Positions 26,579 through 35,486 of a stretch of DNA of 64,000 nt are shown here, one piece after another. The stretch is from the IMG/VR virus record IMGVR_UViG_3300033146_004128, positions 64,001 to 128,000 of that record. One strand, 5' to 3'. The notes beneath the pieces are model-generated. The model had not been told where the DNA came from, searched no databases, and saw nothing but the letters and a program-made list of their open reading frames with translations. The first letter of the stretch is position 1. Each line of letters begins with the position of its first letter. The position numbers were made by a program, and so were the translations under genes. The DNA comes from a virus.

Positions 26579-29500
26579 ATGACAAGTCTTAACAGGGATC
26601 ACAATGAGATAAATGAAGCTATTCACAATGAGATAGTTAAGGCTTTCGAGGGAAGAAAGGTAGAGGGAAAGACAAAGACTCTTGAGTACTCCAATGTGAC
26701 AGGAGCAAAAGCAGACATGTCATACCGAAAGCTAACAGATGCAATAAACTCAGGTGGAACAATAGCTAGAAAATATAAAGCTGATGTTACGATAAGAGAT
26801 AACGAGACCGGTAAAGTACTTGATAAGAAGAGTGGTGTACATATAGGGGAGACTCCAATTTACACAAAGAAGGGTGGGTTGGTTGTTGACGGGAATACAT
26901 ACAACCTTCCTAGCCAGATAAGACTTAAGCCTGGTGCGTATACTCTCAACAAGGCAAATGGCGATGTTGAGACTATGATGAACGTAAAGAACGGAAGAGG
27001 TATGAAGCTTGTATCTCCTCAGGACAAAGATGATGTAAAATTGCAGATAGGTTCAAGACAGTTTAATCCTCTTGATGTCGCAAAGATACTTGGTGCAACG
27101 GATAAGGAATTGTCATCAAACATAGGTAAAGATGTTGCTGCTCACTTAAATAAGAAGTCGAATGTTGAAGGAACAGCACTTAAGCTATCTCAGACCCTTG
27201 GGCTTGTCGGTCCAGACATAACACCTCCACACAAAGAAGTGATATCAAATCTACGAGATTATTTTGGAAAGACTGAGCTAGATACAAGCGTAACTACTCA
27301 TACACTTGGAAGGGCAATAGATAAGATTGATAAAGATGCGATAATGCTTGGTATCAAAAGGAATGTTGCTGTCAAGAGAGGGACAGAAGAGGAAGATGAC
27401 AAAGAAAACCTAATGTTCAAGAAGATTATCCCTCCAGAGAAACTTATGGTAGAGGGTGTAAAGAGGGACCTAATGAAGCCAGAGGCAAGAATGAAAGGTC
27501 TTCTGAATAACCCATTTAACCATGCAAGCATAACAGAGGTTCTTTCTGAGCCTACATTGAAGCATGCAGCAAAGAAGTTTGTGACAACAAGTGCGATCTC
27601 AAGAATGCCTGAAGAGTACAATCCATTACATACATTGCAAGGGAGTAGTGATATAACTCCATTGGGAGAAGGCGGTATAACATCTACCGAGATGATAACA
27701 CCATCTGTAAGGTCACTACACCTATCACAGCTTGGATTTATAGACCCTATAAAGTCTCCAGAGGGTGCAAACACTGGAGTCACATTAAGTACGACTCACG
27801 GGGCTTATATAGACGACAAGGGTAATGCTGCCATGAAGGTTAAGAACTTAAAGTCTGGGAAGATTGAGACAAAGACTGTGGCAGACCTATGGGACAAGAA
27901 GATAGCGTTCCCTGATCCAAACAAAAAAGGAGAGGTTGGCATAAGACACAAGAGCGATATCAGTGTAGGCAAGATGAAAGATGCTGACTATCAGATAACG
28001 CACTCTGAGAATATGTATGGGCCGGCTATGAACTCTCTTGGAATAATAAGTTCAAATGACCCAACCAGAAACCTTATGGCATCAAAGCATGTCATGCAAG
28101 CACTTCCTCTTGTTGATGGCGATGCTAACCCGGTAAGTCTGCTTGGAGCAAATGGAAAGAGTATGCTAGCAAACATAGCATCGAAGCACTTGCCTACTGC
28201 GAGTGTTTCCGGGACTGTTACAAGGGTTGATACTAGAGCTGGGAAGATACACTATAAAGATTCGTCTGGAAAAGAACACAACAGTGACTACGCTATATCT
28301 CCAATGCAATTAAATACAAAGACTTTCATACAGCATTCTCCTATAGTTAAAGCAGGAGACAAAGTAGAGGCAGGACAGGCTCTCGCTGATTCAAACTTCT
28401 CTAAGGGTGGAGAATTGGCCATAGGAAAGAATCTTAGAACAGCATGGATGATGTACCCAGGTACAAGAAATGATGCATTCGTATTGTCTGAGTCTGCAGC
28501 TAAAAAGATGACATCGGTACACTCTTCAAAGTTTGATATAGATGGGACAAAAGGTACGATACTGGATAAGAAGAAGTTTGCAGCCATGTTCCCAGAGGTT
28601 GTTAAGAAGATAAGCCTTGACAAATATGATGACAGGGGGATAATTCTTCCTGGTCAGACAGTGGCTAAAGATGAACCAATCGTTCTAGGCATGAAAAAGA
28701 TGGATCCATCAGAGGTCAGATTTGCAAATGACAAAGTAAAAAAATTACTATATGGCGGAATGGCACCGGTTATGCAAAAATGGAAGGGAGACAATTCAGC
28801 AACCATATCTCATGTCACAACCAAAGGATCCCAGCATAGAGTTATTGCTCAGTACAAGGCAGAGATGAAGACTGGAGATAAGCTTGCAGGTAGATCTGGA
28901 AACAAAGGTATTATCTCAGCTGTTATCCCAGACAAGGAGATGCCTAGAGATGAGAATGGAAAGCCTATAGAGCTTATACTTGGTGGTGCTGGTGTTAACT
29001 CAAGACAGAACCCTGCTCAGATCATAGAAGCTCAACTTACGGAGGTAGCAAAGAAGACAGGGAAGAAGTACGTACTTCCTCACTACACTCATGATGATCT
29101 TCATATATTTGCAAACAACGAGGCAAAGAAGAACAATGTGAACATGTATCATGAAATATACGACCCTGTAAGAAAGACCAAATTGAAGAATAAGGTATTT
29201 GTGGCAGACTACAATGTAATGAAGTTGTTCAAGCAGGGAGAGGGGACATACTCAGCAACAGGTCATGGCCCGGTTGACTCATTGAACCAACCGAAGAAAG
29301 GAGGAAAAGAGTCTGCGGCATCGATATCTAATATGGAGATAAACTCTCTATTGTCACATGACGCAAGAGACTTCCTCAAAGAGGTTGGAACAGTAAAATC
29401 ACAGAGAAACCAAAAGTGGTTCTCTGCATTTGAGTCAGGAGCTATACCGCCTGCACCTGAGAAGAAGTCTGCTAGGGACAATTTTCATGGGCTTCTGAAC

Positions 29501-30826
29501 CAACTCAACATATCAGTGAGAGAGGACGGAACAAGTAAACACATAGTACCTCTAACGGATAAAGATATAGTAAGGAAAAGTAGTGGTAAAATTATTGAGC
29601 CGTATGGTCTTAAGCGTAATACTCTGGATGCTGTCAGTGGCGGCTTTTATGACACTAGTGTATTTGGTGGACATGGTGAAAACTTCGGTCACATAGATCT
29701 TGGATCACATATCATTAACCCTCTATACAAAAAGCCAGTGGCGGCTATGATGGGTACCACAGAAAAAGGTCTAGATAAGATGATGGAGTCAGAGGGCATA
29801 TCAAACATATACAAAAAGATAAGTGGCTCAAGACTAAAGTCAACAGTGAATAGGTTAAAGAAAGACATAGAGAAGACTAAAGATACATCAAAAATAGACA
29901 GAAGCATGAAGGCGATAAAGGCTCTAAGAAAGATAGATAGTCTTGGAGATAACCCTGCAGACGTTATGTTTATGTCAAAAGTTCCGGTATTGCCTGTGAA
30001 GATGAGACCAATATCTAAACTTCCAGACGGCAGTATTATCGAGCATGATGTAAATCATCACTATGCGAACATAATAAGGGCGTCAAATTCTTTACAGAGA
30101 GCAAATGAATCCGATACTCCGGCACCAATAAAGAACAGACTTCATAGAGAGCTACAGGACCATGTTGGGGCAATGTACGGAACAAACAAATCTCCTGATC
30201 CAAAGATGGAGAGAAAAGAGGTCAAGAGCGTAATGGATGTTGTGGCCGGCTCAAACCCAAAGACATCTTTTTGGCATCAAAAGATACTTAAGAATAAGGT
30301 TTTTGGATCAGGTAGAGCTGTAATTGTTCCACACATAAAGACTATGAATATGGACCAAGTAGAGATACCTAAGTATGTAGCATGGAAAGCGTTTGAGCCT
30401 CATATAACAAGACGCATGTCTCAGATGGGTATACCTAATGATATGGCGAAAGACATGATTGACAAGAAGAACGAGACAGCAACCAATGTTCTGCATAGCG
30501 TTATGAAGGAGGTTCCGGTTGTTATAAACAGAGCACCTGCTCTTCATAAGCACAATATGACAGGACACTACGCAAAGATATCATCCGGAAATACAATGCA
30601 TATACCTCCTGAGATAGAGAATGGTCAAAATGCAGACTACGACGGAGATCAACTTGCAGTACATGTTCCTCTTGGGCATGCTGCAATAAAGGATGTTAAG
30701 ACAAAGCTTATGGCGTCAAAGCAGTTGTTTACTGATACGTCTAAGAATGGTCTGACAATGGGAATAGACTTGGATCCTTTTATAGGATTCTATGATGCTA
30801 CAAAACATAAGAATGGTAAAAAGTAA
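26579..30826 (+). CDS. rpoBC: Phage two-barrel DNA-directed RNA polymerase: beta-like chain fused to the N-terminal (catalytic) half of beta'
   Basis: Beta motifs IGETPIYTKKGGLVVDG, FIDPIKSPEGANTG, NDPTRNLMAS, GDKLAGRSGNKGIIS, GVNSRQNPAQI. Beta' motifs FGHIDL, VPVLPVKMRP, SGRAVI, NRAPALH, NADYDGDQLAVHVP. Ends at the equivalent of QDVVLGLYYMT. Confidence 0.95.
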   Translation: MTSLNRDHNEINEAIHNEIVKAFEGRKVEGKTKTLEYSNVTGAKADMSYRKLTDAINSGGTIARKYKADVTIRDNETGKVLDKKSGVHIGETPIYTKKGGLVVDGNTYNLPSQIRLKPGAYTLNKANGDVETMMNVKNGRGMKLVSPQDKDDVKLQIGSRQFNPLDVAKILGATDKELSSNIGKDVAAHLNKKSNVEGTALKLSQTLGLVGPDITPPHKEVISNLRDYFGKTELDTSVTTHTLGRAIDKIDKDAIMLGIKRNVAVKRGTEEEDDKENLMFKKIIPPEKLMVEGVKRDLMKPEARMKGLLNNPFNHASITEVLSEPTLKHAAKKFVTTSAISRMPEEYNPLHTLQGSSDITPLGEGGITSTEMITPSVRSLHLSQLGFIDPIKSPEGANTGVTLSTTHGAYIDDKGNAAMKVKNLKSGKIETKTVADLWDKKIAFPDPNKKGEVGIRHKSDISVGKMKDADYQITHSENMYGPAMNSLGIISSNDPTRNLMASKHVMQALPLVDGDANPVSLLGANGKSMLANIASKHLPTASVSGTVTRVDTRAGKIHYKDSSGKEHNSDYAISPMQLNTKTFIQHSPIVKAGDKVEAGQALADSNFSKGGELAIGKNLRTAWMMYPGTRNDAFVLSESAAKKMTSVHSSKFDIDGTKGTILDKKKFAAMFPEVVKKISLDKYDDRGIILPGQTVAKDEPIVLGMKKMDPSEVRFANDKVKKLLYGGMAPVMQKWKGDNSATISHVTTKGSQHRVIAQYKAEMKTGDKLAGRSGNKGIISAVIPDKEMPRDENGKPIELILGGAGVNSRQNPAQIIEAQLTEVAKKTGKKYVLPHYTHDDLHIFANNEAKKNNVNMYHEIYDPVRKTKLKNKVFVADYNVMKLFKQGEGTYSATGHGPVDSLNQPKKGGKESAASISNMEINSLLSHDARDFLKEVGTVKSQRNQKWFSAFESGAIPPAPEKKSARDNFHGLLNQLNISVREDGTSKHIVPLTDKDIVRKSSGKIIEPYGLKRNTLDAVSGGFYDTSVFGGHGENFGHIDLGSHIINPLYKKPVAAMMGTTEKGLDKMMESEGISNIYKKISGSRLKSTVNRLKKDIEKTKDTSKIDRSMKAIKALRKIDSLGDNPADVMFMSKVPVLPVKMRPISKLPDGSIIEHDVNHHYANIIRASNSLQRANESDTPAPIKNRLHRELQDHVGAMYGTNKSPDPKMERKEVKSVMDVVAGSNPKTSFWHQKILKNKVFGSGRAVIVPHIKTMNMDQVEIPKYVAWKAFEPHITRRMSQMGIPNDMAKDMIDKKNETATNVLHSVMKEVPVVINRAPALHKHNMTGHYAKISSGNTMHIPPEIENGQNADYDGDQLAVHVPLGHAAIKDVKTKLMASKQLFTDTSKNGLTMGIDLDPFIGFYDATKHKNGKK

Positions 30827-30869
30827 ACCGGTTAGTAAATAATGGTGTGACTATAGCGTAATCAATGTT

Positions 30870-30882
30870 TTTTAGATACAAT
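30870..30882 (+). promoter_or_regulatory. Candidate promoter TTTTAGA-TACAAT at the head of the 31-kb gene block
   Basis: -10-like TACAAT 30 nt upstream of ATG 30913 (GGGAG RBS); same prefix as 11264. Confidence 0.45.
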
Positions 30883-30912
30883 GTTAAATAAACAAATTAG
30901 TGGGAGCAAAAA

Positions 30913-32604
30913 ATGATAACACTCGTAGGAAAAGTCCTAAAAGACGAGATAGCGGTTCCAAATTCACGTGTACAAGTATGCGTTAAGGACTCAGCAAACA
31001 ATATAGGTGGCTGGTCTGAAGTCGTATCTACAGACAGTTCGGGAAGATATCAGATTTCATTTGGTGATATAAGAGATCTTCATCAGAACTTCTCAGACGG
31101 CACAGAAATTCTAATCGCAGCATGGAATGATGATCTAGAAAGAACAGAGAATCACGCTGAACTTGGGACAAAAGTAGCAACCTATAATGGGGATGCACTT
31201 ATTGTAGAAGATGTCACAATACTTGACGCAGACCAGTGTGATTATTACCTTGTGAACAGTGCAATTTTTGTAGTTCAGAAAGAAAGAGTGCCATATACCC
31301 CGGTATTCGAATCAAGAAATCAGAAATCTATGTTCCATGAAGAGAGAGTGTTCCCACAAAATGCTACCACCGAAGTTCAGATGCATAACGGTACTGACTA
31401 CATAAGTCCATTTGACATCATAAAGAACGATGTTGGTGAAAGTTGGATCTTAGTAAGGGGTAGAAATGCGAGTGGACTATCCTATGTTGGATCACTACTT
31501 GTCACCACAACAGAGGCTGCGAACAGTCAAGATATAGACTTTAATTCTATAGATATAGATCAAGGCTTGTCTTTCTTTGTTGTAAAAGACAGAGGAATAT
31601 CTGATAATATATTCAGCGCTACTATATTCACCTCTCAAAGATACACTCTTACAAATGCAAAGTTTTTCGCAAACGGACTCCTGGTTAGAGAGATGACAGA
31701 CTTCTCTATCCCTCTCGTATCAATATCACTGTCCGGAATAGCAGACAGAACAAGAACAATGAAGATGGTAACTACTGGAACAATAGAGGGAAGTGATGAG
31801 CTTGTAGAATACACATACGAAAAAGAGGTAGCAGACTTCGACTCAATAACGGGAGATATCTCTATATCACTTGATGCCAACAGTGGTCTTCATACTGCCG
31901 GGCTTAATATAAACAATTCATCTGAGGTGACAGAGATCCTTTGGCAGATAGTTTACAGGTCTACTATTGTTGAGAGAGTAATTAAAGTAACCGATGCGGA
32001 AGAGAAAGCTCTTATCAATATTCTATATCAAGAGTATGCTAATCCTTCAGATACAACACTTGAGTTTGAGGCATTGCAGCCGGGTAACTATACCGTTATG
32101 GCATACGTTATAAACTCATCAGGTGCATTCTTTAAGATATCAGAAGACCTGTTTGTGCCAGGCGATGCAGGAACAGATCAGCCCATAGAGGTTGGAGATG
32201 CAATAACCATAGGGTGCCTAAGCAACCATGGAGAGGTTCCTATCCTGTCAGTGTATAGGCTGTCTAGAGATGGATATGTGGAAGAGGTATCTGTTCCCAT
32301 GGACCATGCCTACGAAAGAACGTATTTTTATGACTTTACTGTTGCTGATGATGATAGCTTCTATATCTTTAAGGCAGCAGACAGTGTTGTCGTAAAGAAG
32401 GTTGGGATACCAAGAGGATGTGCAGTTGCATATTCAAAAAGTAAAGAGAGCGGAAGAACTATTGAATACAAACTACAAGATTTTAACGGGAATACTATAG
32501 ACGAAGGTACGTTGGATGACTCAGGGTTTGGTGTATACTACAAAGTAATGTCAGAGAATGTTCATGGAGTATTAGTAATAGGAAAAACATATAAGGTTGT
32601 GTGA
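30913..32604 (+). CDS. Putative virion structural protein with Ig-like/PKD-like beta-sandwich domains
   Basis: N-terminal ITLVGKV...VPNSRVQV...VSTDSSGRYQI (transthyretin-like fold pattern) and FEALQPGNYTVMAYVIN (PKD-like). Confidence 0.5.
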   Translation: MITLVGKVLKDEIAVPNSRVQVCVKDSANNIGGWSEVVSTDSSGRYQISFGDIRDLHQNFSDGTEILIAAWNDDLERTENHAELGTKVATYNGDALIVEDVTILDADQCDYYLVNSAIFVVQKERVPYTPVFESRNQKSMFHEERVFPQNATTEVQMHNGTDYISPFDIIKNDVGESWILVRGRNASGLSYVGSLLVTTTEAANSQDIDFNSIDIDQGLSFFVVKDRGISDNIFSATIFTSQRYTLTNAKFFANGLLVREMTDFSIPLVSISLSGIADRTRTMKMVTTGTIEGSDELVEYTYEKEVADFDSITGDISISLDANSGLHTAGLNINNSSEVTEILWQIVYRSTIVERVIKVTDAEEKALINILYQEYANPSDTTLEFEALQPGNYTVMAYVINSSGAFFKISEDLFVPGDAGTDQPIEVGDAITIGCLSNHGEVPILSVYRLSRDGYVEEVSVPMDHAYERTYFYDFTVADDDSFYIFKAADSVVVKKVGIPRGCAVAYSKSKESGRTIEYKLQDFNGNTIDEGTLDDSGFGVYYKVMSENVHGVLVIGKTYKVV

Positions 32605-33203
32605 TGAACGCAGCCACAAGAGCACCCAAGATAATAAAAGAGAGTCAGTTTGACATCTACTGCAAAGAAGATTCAGATCTTGATATTTTCTCTTTTGTGT
32701 CAGGACAACTCAATAGGCTGGACGTAACATTCACAAGTCGAAATAATGGTCTAAAATCAGTTGTTGTCCCGGCAACATCTGATGGATACTATTTTGTAAG
32801 ATCAGCTAGAAGCATACAATCTCTAAAGAAAGGAAATGTAGAATATAAGTTATTCTTTTTCGATCCAAGACAGCGTGAGAACCTACTTTTGCTACCAGAG
32901 TCATTTGACTACAATGGAGATAAAATTGGGTATAATGACTGTACGCATATTGGATATGGGATATATGCAATAACACCACTAGTCCTAACCCCTTCAATAG
33001 TGAAGATACTAGGAAAGGTATTTTATAGTTTCCCAAATTCAAAAGAGGTCGAGTGTCCTGAGCAGAGTAGAGCTGCCTCAACAGTATCTCTCGGAGCAGA
33101 CCAAGACACAACAACAATAAGTATAGGCGGAGATGATCCTAGCATAGAGGCTAAAGAATCAAATGTTGGCCTATCTGTTGAACAGACAATTTTCAAGGTA
33201 TAA
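32604..33203 (+). CDS. Hypothetical protein
   Basis: ORF track 32601-33203. ATG 32604 (TGATG overlap, AAGG RBS) is preferred. Confidence 0.6.
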   Translation: MNAATRAPKIIKESQFDIYCKEDSDLDIFSFVSGQLNRLDVTFTSRNNGLKSVVVPATSDGYYFVRSARSIQSLKKGNVEYKLFFFDPRQRENLLLLPESFDYNGDKIGYNDCTHIGYGIYAITPLVLTPSIVKILGKVFYSFPNSKEVECPEQSRAASTVSLGADQDTTTISIGGDDPSIEAKESNVGLSVEQTIFKV

Positions 33204-33204
33204 T

Positions 33205-33345
33205 ATGAAGAGACAAACATTACGACTGTCAGTAAAGGCAAACAAGCAAGTAAGGCTAAAGACTTCAAAAACAAAGACAAACGCTTCCGCAACAAGTACC
33301 GGTGGCGGAACAATAACATTAAAAGGAACACGACATGGCAATTAG
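33205..33345 (+). CDS. Very small basic protein (46 aa)
   Basis: MKRQTLRLSVKANKQVRLKTSK... fills the gap between two genes; ATG 33205 lies one base after the upstream stop. Confidence 0.45.
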   Translation: MKRQTLRLSVKANKQVRLKTSKTKTNASATSTGGGTITLKGTRHGN

Positions 33346-34321
33346 TGAAGAAGAGTTTATAAAATTACAAGGTAAAGTTGGAGCATTAGTAAGCATCCTA
33401 TCAGGTAGAGAAGTAGATGAAGCAGATGGCGAGAAGATAAAACGCTTCATAGATAATTACTCAGTTGTAGAGTCTATCATAGAGAACGATACTATTAGTG
33501 AACTTATTGATAATGTTATCCAGATCAAGGTTAGATTCGAGGATGTATCAAGCAGGGTCGACGGAATACTTGGGGCTGTTGAGGTTGAGTCAAGCAAGCT
33601 CGTTTCAAATATTAGTGGAGGTGCTTCCGGAGTAGCTCTAAATATTGCAGATATGGTATTGTTTCAAACGTCAGTGTCTGATGCATACAAGTCACTTCTT
33701 CAGCACCTTAATGATATAGACCTTACAGGAAAAGTAAACAGAATGGAGTCGTCACTGCGTGAGTCTCTTGGTCTTATTGATCAGATGAAGGCGCAGAGAG
33801 AAGAGATTAATGTTCTTCTGCAGAAGGTTGCGGACAACAAAGCATTGATAGACAATATGGACGATGTAAACCATACTCAAGCAGTTCTTATAGATAATGC
33901 TGAGAACATGATAGCAGAAATGGAAAAGCAGATAGAGAACTACTCTTTCTATGCAGAAGAGTTTGATAAGGTATACACAACAGCTGTAATATTCGTATCA
34001 AAGTTCTCATCGATAGTTGCTGAGCTAGATAGAGTTTCGGCAAGAGACGCCAAGCTGGAAGAACTGATGGCGTCAGTAATATCTGTTTCGACGCAGGACT
34101 TCACAGCAATGGAAGAGATTAATGACAAGATGGCTATGGCAATAGAGTCTCTTGGCCTAAATACAGCTCAAAAGCTTGATGACATGATAATGTTCGTGAA
34201 CGAGTACAATGCGGTAGGAATGGCTCTTGACGGAGTAAGAACAGATATGCAAGCAATCACATCAGCTGTTGGAGACGAGCTTACAACACTAGGCGAAGAG
34301 CAAATAGGCTACCAAGCATAA
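33335..34321 (+). CDS. Acidic coiled-coil protein
   Basis: 328 aa, almost entirely heptad-like helical, no Pro, Trp or Cys. Confidence 0.6.
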   Translation: MAISEEEFIKLQGKVGALVSILSGREVDEADGEKIKRFIDNYSVVESIIENDTISELIDNVIQIKVRFEDVSSRVDGILGAVEVESSKLVSNISGGASGVALNIADMVLFQTSVSDAYKSLLQHLNDIDLTGKVNRMESSLRESLGLIDQMKAQREEINVLLQKVADNKALIDNMDDVNHTQAVLIDNAENMIAEMEKQIENYSFYAEEFDKVYTTAVIFVSKFSSIVAELDRVSARDAKLEELMASVISVSTQDFTAMEEINDKMAMAIESLGLNTAQKLDDMIMFVNEYNAVGMALDGVRTDMQAITSAVGDELTTLGEEQIGYQA

Positions 34322-34333
34322 TAGGAGAGTTTC

Positions 34334-35485
34334 ATGAGACAGTTCAATTACAAGTATAAATCATATCTCAAGAATAGACATGGATTCGTAAATATGGTTC
34401 CTGATGCAAAGCTGCTCCATGACTATATGGGGATAAGTGGTAAGTATGGAATGCCTGTATTCCAGACACCAGGAGCAAAGTTTTACGGAGAGTTATTTTG
34501 TGATATATTTAAGGACAACAAGAGAACTTTTCAGCACAAGGTAAAAATGTTCTTCCCTGAGATAAAGCACGGCGTTATCTCAATAGACAAGATACAGTAC
34601 TCAATGGAGTCTGACCCAGTTGATGATGTGTCTATGGAGTATAGGCTCATACAAAATGGAAAATACGAAGAATACTATGTTATTGACGACTTTGTAGTTG
34701 AGTTTGAAATAGAAGTGTCTGTATCTTTTGGTAAAAGAAATTCAATAACAAAACCGGTTGAAATATTTTGTGACTACATAGATGTGTATGTGCATAATCA
34801 GTTAATATCTCTTACTGTCCATGATAATAATATCCTATTTGTTCCTTATGCTATGTCGTATAGGTTAGATATGCCTCCTGAAGCTGCACGAAACGAAACA
34901 GATTCGTCAAACATGACAGTAAACACAGACTTGTCATATGGTTTTATTTTAAATAAGGCTTCTAGAGACAAAATGGAAGAGAAGGGGTTCAAGACAACAG
35001 AAATGGATATGCTTCTCTTGGATTCAAAAAAGAAAATTCAAGGGCTAAAAGAAGATGTGGTAGACAACCCTATGGATACAGGCATCCCAGGTCCACTTGT
35101 TGCTAAGAGGCACAGTGGTGTATCCAAGAAGTACATGATCTCTCTTCCTGAGTCAATATTCCCAGATAGGATGACATATAGTGGATTGCCAATTTTCAAC
35201 TCAGAGAATTGTCTATCGTGTTGTGATGTAAAGAAGCTTGGATGGTGTTCTGTGCACTTCAAGCCATATGGGCTACCGATGAGTAGTCCATGCCCACCCC
35301 CAGCACCTCCATGTGGAGAAAAATGTTCTAAATTTACACGGTATACAGTAAGGAATAGACTTATAGACACATTATTGATCCTCATGGATAAAACATTTGA
35401 AGAGCTCGATAGCCTTGTTGTGAAGCACAGTTCTAGAGCAGCAACGGAACTCATAGATGACGAATATATAGTAGAAAAGGAATAA
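34334..35485 (+). CDS. Hypothetical protein with a Cys/Pro-rich C-terminal segment
   Basis: CLSCC...WC...PCPPPAPPCGEKC; AGGAG RBS. Confidence 0.65.
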   Translation: MRQFNYKYKSYLKNRHGFVNMVPDAKLLHDYMGISGKYGMPVFQTPGAKFYGELFCDIFKDNKRTFQHKVKMFFPEIKHGVISIDKIQYSMESDPVDDVSMEYRLIQNGKYEEYYVIDDFVVEFEIEVSVSFGKRNSITKPVEIFCDYIDVYVHNQLISLTVHDNNILFVPYAMSYRLDMPPEAARNETDSSNMTVNTDLSYGFILNKASRDKMEEKGFKTTEMDMLLLDSKKKIQGLKEDVVDNPMDTGIPGPLVAKRHSGVSKKYMISLPESIFPDRMTYSGLPIFNSENCLSCCDVKKLGWCSVHFKPYGLPMSSPCPPPAPPCGEKCSKFTRYTVRNRLIDTLLILMDKTFEELDSLVVKHSSRAATELIDDEYIVEKE

Positions 35486-35486
35486 C

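Noticed and set aside
26579-30826. Reading the RNAP as a cellular rpoB/rpoC locus or a truncated pseudogene
   Set aside because: It is highly diverged, has no ribosomal-protein neighbours, lies among portal and terminase genes, retains catalytic motifs, and no beta' continuation is visible in another frame after 30826.
33335-34321. Tape measure protein call for the coiled-coil ORF
   Set aside because: Only 328 aa, acidic, and lacking the Ala/Gly-rich and TM-like segments typical of tape measures.
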